A stretch of 14,737 bases of DNA, from the IMG/VR virus record IMGVR_UViG_3300045988_176354; one strand, written 5' to 3'. The translations under genes were made by a program, and so were the position numbers. Under the pieces are notes generated by a model, which worked only from the letters and a program-made list of their open reading frames with translations, searched no databases and was not told the DNA's origin. The number at the start of each line of letters is the position of its first letter. The first letter of the stretch is position 1. This stretch comes from a virus. This document shows, piece by piece, positions 1-5,066 of this stretch.

Positions 1-124
1 AGTAGTACAGAATTCTGTAATATTCCGGTTCCCACCGTTACAGATTTCTGAACAGTTGCTTGTACATGTACTGCAAACACATGTCCGCAGTGTAGGTACA
101 CCTGCAAGCAGGGCAGGGGAGTGC
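1..124. repeat. Left inverted terminal repeat, perfect portion (putative replication origin)
   Basis: Bases 1-124 equal the reverse complement of 14614-14737 with no mismatch by manual alignment. The first mismatch is at 125 versus 14613. The repeat begins AGTAGTA and contains the palindromes TACAGAATTCTGTA (6-19) and GTACATGTAC (62-71). Confidence 0.95.
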
Positions 125-295
125 TTGCTTGCTTGTGTATCTAGTAACAATTATCAGTTATAACAATGATACAATTGTGCATAGTATGGTTATATAGTCC
201 ATGTACCCAAGGGGCGCTCTGTGCTATACTATAATTGTACCATAAGGGTACTTATCGCTATACGTCACACTGACACAGAAAAGGAGAATTTGAAA
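125..295. repeat. Left ITR, imperfect inner extension carrying early promoter, 5' UTR and RBS
   Basis: This segment aligns with the reverse complement of 14447-14613, with one 4-nt indel near 125-135, one 1-nt indel and scattered substitutions. Homology stops just before the first start codon on each arm. Confidence 0.85.
202..235 (+). promoter_or_regulatory. Left early promoter (extended -10 type) inside the ITR extension
   Basis: TGcTATACT at 222-230 is an extended -10, and it overlaps TATAAT at 230-235. A weak -35-like TGTACC lies at 202-207 with a 17-bp spacer. The element is mirrored at the right end. GTACCC/GGGTAC inverted repeats (203-208 and 246-251) flank it. Confidence 0.55.
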
Positions 296-296
296 C

Positions 297-374
297 ATGC
301 TTAATCTGTTGTGGGTACTTGGTGCTGTGATTGATATTTTGAGAGGGGTGAATAACGATGATTTATGTTATTGA
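297..374 (+). CDS. Hypothetical 25-aa hydrophobic peptide (MLNLLWVLGAVIDILRGVNNDDLCY)
   Basis: The ATG at 297 follows AAGGAG (281-286) by 10 nt, and the stop TGA is at 372-374. It occupies the position homologous to the first right-arm gene start. It is too short for the supplied ORF track. Confidence 0.25.
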   Translation: MLNLLWVLGAVIDILRGVNNDDLCY

Positions 375-501
375 CATGCTTAATCATGTACATGTATATG
401 AAGGCATGAACATGACGGAAGCAATGAATGCTAAAAACGATTATATGTCTTTTATGGGCATTTCTGAAGATTCTGTACAGATGGAGGTAATTTACAAATG
501 A
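358..501 (+). CDS. Hypothetical 47-aa acidic early protein (MIYVIDMLNHVHVYEGMNMTEAMNAKNDYMSFMGISEDSVQMEVIYK)
   Basis: The ATG at 358 lies 9 nt after GAGAGGGG (341-348). The stop TGA at 499-501 overlaps the next ATG at 498 (ATGA coupling). It is not in the ORF track because of its size. Confidence 0.4.
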   Translation: MIYVIDMLNHVHVYEGMNMTEAMNAKNDYMSFMGISEDSVQMEVIYK

Positions 502-728
502 CAACCTATACAGCAAAGCGCACCGCGCTTGAACGTGCAATCAATGACCTTTTGTGCAATTGTGGTGTGAATGAATCATGCGCAACATGTGACCACTTGC
601 CCGTGTGCGCAATGGCAAGAAGAACAAAGCACATTATCAATGAAGATAAACGCAACGACTGCAATAATGATTTTGCAGCATGGGCAGATGCTTTTATAAA
701 GGGGATGTTTGGCAATGACAATCCGTGA
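498..728 (+). CDS. Hypothetical early protein, Cys-rich (CNCGVNESCATCDHLPVC), possible zinc-binding
   Basis: 76-aa ORF with a GGAGG RBS about 10 nt upstream. It is translationally coupled to the upstream micro-ORF. Five Cys residues fall within 18 residues. Confidence 0.6.
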   Translation: MTTYTAKRTALERAINDLLCNCGVNESCATCDHLPVCAMARRTKHIINEDKRNDCNNDFAAWADAFIKGMFGNDNP

Positions 729-897
729 TTTTTACAGGGTGTGCCTGTCAATGCAGCCTAAAACAAGTATCCGAGTGTATGACAAAGAACGGTGTATCTA
801 TACCGGAGAATATGGAAACTTGCCTTATACACTTGCAAGACATGAGTTTGAGACCATGTTAGTTAATCCCAATATGGAGTATAAATTTTATTTTTAA
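715..897 (+). CDS. Hypothetical small early protein, paralogue of the right-arm 82-aa protein
   Basis: The ATG at 715 is preceded by AAAGGGGA (698-705); the ORF track begins at a TTG at 709. It shares the DFYR(V/M)C, (R/S)VY and TGE(Y/F)xxxP motifs with the ORF at 14198-14446 on the other strand. Confidence 0.65.
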   Translation: MTIRDFYRVCLSMQPKTSIRVYDKERCIYTGEYGNLPYTLARHEFETMLVNPNMEYKFYF

Positions 898-900
898 CTC

Positions 901-929
901 TTGACACATACAATCTAATATGATACTAT
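901..929 (+). promoter_or_regulatory. Near-consensus sigma-70/sigma-A promoter (candidate late and/or small-RNA promoter)
   Basis: TTGACA at 901-906, an exact 17-bp spacer, and TACTAT at 924-929 preceded by TG at 921-922 (extended -10). It starts 4 nt after the stop of the upstream gene. The predicted TSS is near 934-937. Confidence 0.75.
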
Positions 930-930
930 G

Positions 931-1013
931 AAAGCGGGAAAAGATGCGCAAGCTATACGGACGGAATCCGGCGCATGACCTTGTAGCGGGTCAAGAGTCT
1001 TTTCCCGCTTTTT
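931..1013 (+). ncRNA. Structured ~80-nt RNA: three-way junction closed by a 14-bp helix and followed by a T5 tract (pRNA-like candidate and/or leader terminator)
   Basis: Helix A pairs 931-944 with 998-1011 (14 perfect bp). Helix B pairs 945-949 with 971-975, followed by an 8-nt bulge (950-957). A hairpin pairs 958-961 with 967-970. Helix D pairs 977-980 with 989-992 around an 8-nt loop (981-988). T1009-T1013 follow. No ORF is present on this strand. The element lies directly downstream of the promoter at 901-929. Confidence 0.55.
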
Positions 1014-1048
1014 GTATGTCCGTCCGCCCTGAAAGTGAGGTGTAAACC

Positions 1049-1201
1049 ATGGAAGAGATTAGCACTATTATCCAGCAAGTCGGTTTTCCGATTGCGGCAT
1101 TCCTGTTGATGTGGTGGCAGAGCAACACCACAATTAAAGAAAACACCGCCGCAATTGTAAAACTCTGCGAGCACATGAGCAAAACGGACGGTGATGCATG
1201 A
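1049..1201 (+). CDS. YvrJ-like small single-pass membrane protein (possible holin-type function)
   Basis: 50-aa ORF (MEEISTIIQQVGFPIAAFLLMWWQSNTTIKENTAAIVKLCEHMSKTDGDA). The RBS TGAGGTGTAAACC before the ATG is identical to the one before the capsid gene. The VGFPIAAFLL hydrophobic core followed by a helical tail resembles my recollection of the YvrJ family. The stop overlaps the next ATG (ATGA). Confidence 0.55.
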   Translation: MEEISTIIQQVGFPIAAFLLMWWQSNTTIKENTAAIVKLCEHMSKTDGDA

Positions 1202-1425
1202 TGTATATTGTAATGTTTGCTGACATTACAAGCGCTCAAGCGTGGATTGTATACAGCAAATGTAAACATCTGGGCATTGGTTATTATAGCGAATACACCG
1301 CTAACTATAACCAGAACGCCGCATGCGGCCCTATGACAGCAGGCGACAAAGACACGCTTGTTAAACTTATCAATGACCCCGCCAAAACAACCGTATTGAA
1401 AGAGGTGTACAATCATGACTATTGA
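1198..1425 (+). CDS. Hypothetical protein (75 aa)
   Basis: The ORF is translationally coupled on both sides within the late operon. I recognised no motif. Confidence 0.55.
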   Translation: MMYIVMFADITSAQAWIVYSKCKHLGIGYYSEYTANYNQNAACGPMTAGDKDTLVKLINDPAKTTVLKEVYNHDY

Positions 1426-1732
1426 TGATATTATTGCCCTGTGCAAGGCAGGCTATACCAAAGACGACCTTGCAAAGCTTGTCACTTTTGACAATGCTGC
1501 ACCCGCTGCACCCGCTGCACCCGCTGCACATGCTGCACCCGCTGCACCCACTGCACCCGCTGCACATGCTGCACATGCACAGGATGCAGATGGCATTATT
1601 GCCGCAATCAATGCGCTTGGCGCTCAGATTAAAACCATGAACATTGCGGCAACCGAACAGCCAAAGACCCAGACGGCGGAAGATGTGCTTGCAAGCATTA
1701 TCTTGCCGCCCAAACCCGCAACCCAGAAATGA
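1415..1732 (+). CDS. Putative head scaffolding protein with an (AAP/AAH)n linker
   Basis: 105-aa ORF immediately upstream of the capsid gene, the position of phi29 gp7. It has an AGAGGTG RBS and a predicted helical N-terminus and C-terminus separated by an Ala/Pro repeat. The assignment rests on position and composition. Confidence 0.55.
   Translation: MTIDDIIALCKAGYTKDDLAKLVTFDNAAPAAPAAPAAHAAPAAPTAPAAHAAHAQDADGIIAAINALGAQIKTMNIAATEQPKTQTAEDVLASIILPPKPATQK
1496..1576 (+). repeat. Nine tandem copies of a 9-bp unit (GCTGCACCC/GCTGCACAT) inside the scaffold gene
   Basis: Direct reading gives GCTGCACCC x3, GCTGCACAT, GCTGCACCC x2, ACTGCACCC, GCTGCACAT x2. It is in frame and encodes AAPAAPAAPAAHAAPAAPTAPAAHAAH. 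Confidence 0.9.
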
Positions 1733-1742
1733 GGTGTAAACC

Positions 1743-2957
1743 ATGAATGATATGACTATTTCGCAGGCCGCAACCATCCTTGGCGAAGCTGTAGAACAGG
1801 CAACTGGGCAGAAAGTAATTACCAATATTTCCACGCCTGAACAGTTTGTCTCTGTCGCACAGACCGCCCTTAAAACCGGGTATGACCCGATTATTAACGC
1901 ACTGTCGCAGATTTGGAGTAAATCAATTTACGCAGTGCGCGATTATTCCAGCCCTCTAACCAGCTTGGAGATGGACTTGCCGCGATACGGCAATGCACTG
2001 CGCAAGATTAGTCCCGTTGCCGCCAAAATGCAGGATGATCAGCGCTTTATTTGGCCTGTCGCGTATGATGCAACAGGCCACGCCGCCAACGCGCTTGGAA
2101 ACGGCGAGAGCGTTGACATGTACAAAATCAGCAAGCAGGAAGTCTTGCAAACCAACTTTTACGGCACCGCAGTCTACCAGCAGCGCTATACCACGTTCAA
2201 AGACCAGTTTGATGTTGCTATGTCTAGCGCCGACGAGTTTATGCGCTATAATGCGATGAACATGACGGAGCGCAACAACGATAAAGAATCTTATCGGGAA
2301 GCAGTTGCCCGCGGTATTCAGGCGAACTTTATCGCCGCGATTCTGGACGAAAAGCAGGCTTCGCGTGTTGTACATCTGTTGACCGAGTATAACACGGAAA
2401 GCGGCCTAGAGCTTACCGCGCAGAGCGTATACCAGCCCGACAATTTTGCCCCGTTTATGCGCTGGGCTGCTGCGAGAATCAACATTTTGGCCCGGCTGAT
2501 GAGCGAACGCACCCAGATGTACCAGACCGTTGTTAATGCAAAACCCGTCTTGCGTTTTACCCGCGCCGAAAATCTTCGAGTTGCGCTGTATAGCAAGGCT
2601 TATGAACAGATGCGAACTATGGTTATGTCTCCCACTTACCATGACAATTATTTGTCTCTTGGCAACTTTGAAAGCATCAATTTTTGGCAGAGCATCGAAA
2701 CCCCGGACAGCATCGCAATCACGCCGGTATATACCAGCACCACCGGCGCAGTTAAAAAAGCTTCCGCAGAGGTGAAGCAGGCCGCTATCTTTGGCGTTAT
2801 GCATGACCGTGATGCACTGGGATATTGCTACACCAACACATGGAGCGCAACCACGCCGCTGAACATTGACGGCGGCTACTGGAATACCGCAGAGCATGCA
2901 ACTATCAAGACGTTGCAGGACAACACCGAAAAGGCTATTGTCCTGCTGCTTGACTAA
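1743..2957 (+). CDS. Major capsid protein (phi29 gp8-like, presumably HK97 fold)
   Basis: 404-aa ORF after the scaffold gene with a strong RBS (TGAGGTGTAAACCATG) and an intrinsic terminator right after it. The N-terminal region loosely resembles phi29-type head proteins from memory. The assignment rests mainly on synteny and size. Confidence 0.7.
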   Translation: MNDMTISQAATILGEAVEQATGQKVITNISTPEQFVSVAQTALKTGYDPIINALSQIWSKSIYAVRDYSSPLTSLEMDLPRYGNALRKISPVAAKMQDDQRFIWPVAYDATGHAANALGNGESVDMYKISKQEVLQTNFYGTAVYQQRYTTFKDQFDVAMSSADEFMRYNAMNMTERNNDKESYREAVARGIQANFIAAILDEKQASRVVHLLTEYNTESGLELTAQSVYQPDNFAPFMRWAAARINILARLMSERTQMYQTVVNAKPVLRFTRAENLRVALYSKAYEQMRTMVMSPTYHDNYLSLGNFESINFWQSIETPDSIAITPVYTSTTGAVKKASAEVKQAAIFGVMHDRDALGYCYTNTWSATTPLNIDGGYWNTAEHATIKTLQDNTEKAIVLLLD

Positions 2958-2969
2958 CTCTTAATAATA

Positions 2970-3001
2970 GCCCCGTGTCAGTCATGGCACGGGGTATTTT
3001 T
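2970..3001 (+). terminator. Intrinsic terminator or attenuator after the capsid gene
   Basis: The stem CCCCGTG (2971-2977) pairs with CACGGGG (2988-2994), extendable by C-G and T-G pairs. It is followed by TATTTTT (2995-3001). Confidence 0.7.
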
Positions 3002-3016
3002 GAAAGAGGTGAGATT

Positions 3017-4498
3017 TTGAATATCACGCTATATCAATTTGCCAAAAAGCTGAACAGCACCGCCCGCCCATCCGGCACTTCAAAAGGTGTGCAAGGGCAG
3101 TTGCGGGAATCTTGCAGCATGTTAGCGCCGGAAATTGGTTTTGTTGCATTTGGGCAGTCTGAAAGCCCCCATGCATGGAACTATGCATATATCCCAGATT
3201 TTGGCAGATTTTATTTCATTGACAACTGGACATGGGCGGGCGGCATGTGGTACGCAAGTATGACTGTAGACCCTTTGGCAAGTTGGCGCAATGAGATTGC
3301 CGATAGTACAGAGTATATTGTAAGAGCTGCAAGCGCTGTCAATCCTAATATTATTGATACCACATACCCCACATTAAGCTATGCAAGATTAGCAAGGCAG
3401 GATTTGCCTGCAATTTATACAGATAACGTGCAGGGCGGTACTTTTATTTTTGGCGTGCAGGCATCCGGCTATAATGCTTTTGGCTCTACAACTACAATAG
3501 CATGTAAGGCAGACGGTTTTAAAAAGTTAATGACAAAATTACTATCCGATACCGACTATCTCAATATTGACCCTAACGAGATTAGCGGAAATCTTGCAAA
3601 AGCGCTGTTTAATCCTGTCCAGTATTTTAGTTTTGCATATTGGCTGCCTTTTGGGGCAAGTTTTTCTGATGCATCAGCCGTGGAGAGTGTGCCGGTTGGT
3701 TGGTGGAAATTAGATGTCGGAGATAGATTTTGGATACTTGACCAAAATAATGATAGCTTAAAATATCGTTTTAACGTTGCAATCCCCAAGCATCCCGCAG
3801 CAGATAGCAAACATTCTTATTTAAAAGCATCCCCGTACAGCACCTATAAAATGTATATGCCGGGTTTTGGTTTGATTGACATTGACAGCAGCAGATTGTA
3901 TAATGCAAATAGATTGTACGGGAGTCTTGCAATTGACCTTTACACCGGAAACGCGGTTTTGGAACTGTCAGCGCGGGAAGATTATAAAGTCGCATTTCAA
4001 ACCCTGACAGGCAATGTCGCGGTACAAATCCAAATCGGACAAATCACAAGCATGGTTAATACCGCAGGCGGAGTTGTGCAGGCAGTCGCTGGCGGTGTAG
4101 TTGCCGGTGCTCAGTCGTTTTTCCAGCAGGCGGCGGACATTACGCGCAAAGTACACGACTGGATTAACGGAGCCGAAACCTTAGGACTTGACCAAAACGC
4201 GGCGGCAATTTCCAACGGCATCCAGAGCGGAGCACAGCAGGCGACCGCAGAAAGTGTTTCAAAAGGCGGTCAGGGCAGTGTTGTTGAATATGGCTACACC
4301 CCCTATCTGTTAGGCAAGTTTTGGGATTTGGTGGGAGAAGCCCCGGAACACCGCGGTTATCCCGTATGTGAGACCCGCAAAATTGGCAGCTTGTCCGGCT
4401 TTATCATGTGTTCCGACAGCGATTTTTCCGCCCCTGCAACGTCTCTGGAAATTAGCGCAATTCGGGAACATCTTAATAATGGCTTTTATTTTGAATAA
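3017..4498 (+). CDS. Tail knob / distal tail tube protein (phi29 gp9-like)
   Basis: The ORF is open from 2975, but that GTG sits inside the terminator stem. The TTG at 3017 follows AGAGGTGAG (3004-3012). The N-terminal region (NYAYIPDFGRFYFIDNWTWAGGMWYASMTVDPLASW...EYIVRA) parallels the phi29 gp9 region (SYIMFQNADYGNKWFYAFVTELEF...FIVREH) from memory. A Gly/Ala/Val-rich loop lies near the C-terminal third. Confidence 0.65.
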   Translation: MNITLYQFAKKLNSTARPSGTSKGVQGQLRESCSMLAPEIGFVAFGQSESPHAWNYAYIPDFGRFYFIDNWTWAGGMWYASMTVDPLASWRNEIADSTEYIVRAASAVNPNIIDTTYPTLSYARLARQDLPAIYTDNVQGGTFIFGVQASGYNAFGSTTTIACKADGFKKLMTKLLSDTDYLNIDPNEISGNLAKALFNPVQYFSFAYWLPFGASFSDASAVESVPVGWWKLDVGDRFWILDQNNDSLKYRFNVAIPKHPAADSKHSYLKASPYSTYKMYMPGFGLIDIDSSRLYNANRLYGSLAIDLYTGNAVLELSAREDYKVAFQTLTGNVAVQIQIGQITSMVNTAGGVVQAVAGGVVAGAQSFFQQAADITRKVHDWINGAETLGLDQNAAAISNGIQSGAQQATAESVSKGGQGSVVEYGYTPYLLGKFWDLVGEAPEHRGYPVCETRKIGSLSGFIMCSDSDFSAPATSLEISAIREHLNNGFYFE

Positions 4499-4514
4499 GA
4501 GGAGTTGAATATAA

Positions 4515-5066
4515 ATGGCAAGCTATCCGCAATGTATCACGGATGAGAGCACAATCACAGTGACCGCAGCATATCCGTATTATTCGGACGGGTCGCACCA
4601 TGGCGGCATTGATACCAAGCACCCCAATGATTTTCTTGCATTTGCACCGCAGGCCGGTACAATTGTAACGGCGCATACTTGGCAAGGCGGGACAACCGGT
4701 AACGACAGTTGGGGCAACTATATCGTAGTAGATATGGGCAACAACCGTTATTGGCTTGCTGCGCATTTTAAGGCGCAGACGCATACAGTCGGAGAGGTGC
4801 TTAAAGCTGGTGACTTAATCGGTACACAGGGCCGGACCGGCAATGTAACTGGTGTGCATACCCATTGGGAATATTGGGTGGGCGGTCGCTCTACTCGATA
4901 CCGTCAAGACCCTTCCCAGATTTTGGGCATCCCTAACGCGGTTGGGAAATATGATGTGACTTGGAGCGCAGACAATCCGCCCGGCCCCGGCCCGGAGCCG
5001 CCCACGCCGGGTAAAAAAGCAATCCCGGTATGGCTATTGCTCAAAATGGCAAGGAGGTGTAAATAA
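4515..5066 (+). CDS. M23 (LytM-type) zinc metallopeptidase, probable virion-associated peptidoglycan hydrolase (gp13-like function)
   Basis: HxxxD motif (HGGID) and HxH motif (GVHTHWEYW). AGGAG RBS. Pro-rich linker (NPPGPGPEPPTPG) followed by a short basic/hydrophobic tail. It lies between the tail knob and connector genes. Confidence 0.8.
   Translation: MASYPQCITDESTITVTAAYPYYSDGSHHGGIDTKHPNDFLAFAPQAGTIVTAHTWQGGTTGNDSWGNYIVVDMGNNRYWLAAHFKAQTHTVGEVLKAGDLIGTQGRTGNVTGVHTHWEYWVGGRSTRYRQDPSQILGIPNAVGKYDVTWSADNPPGPGPEPPTPGKKAIPVWLLLKMARRCK

Noticed and set aside
1-295. Terminal inverted repeats interpreted as transposon or IS ends
   Set aside because: No transposase or target-site duplication is evident. 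The repeats bound a complete phage gene set containing a protein-primed polymerase and a TP candidate, so they are best read as replication ITRs of a linear genome.
991-1446. 151-aa ORF on the - strand (and 953-1174 -) spanning the structured RNA, the YvrJ-like gene and the next gene
   Set aside because: It is antisense to well-supported, RBS-preceded and translationally coupled + strand genes. It has no RBS and an odd Cys/His/Val-rich composition. It lies in an arm where all supported genes are on the + strand.
1496-1576. Possible CRISPR-like array
   Set aside because: The units are 9 bp, contiguous, without spacers, and in frame inside a coding region. This is a coding microsatellite, not a CRISPR array.
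1370-1834. 154-aa - strand ORF and 72-aa + strand ORF (1422-1640) with CSGCSGCS and HPLHPL repeats
   Set aside because: These are frame shadows of the 9-bp tandem repeat in the scaffold gene. Their repetitive peptides simply re-read the same repeat.
2975-3016. GTG at 2975 (or ATG at 2984) as start of the tail knob gene, as in the ORF track
   Set aside because: Both lie inside the terminator stem-loop after the capsid gene and lack an RBS. The TTG at 3017 is preceded by AGAGGTGAG at ideal spacing. The upstream starts cannot be fully excluded without protein data.
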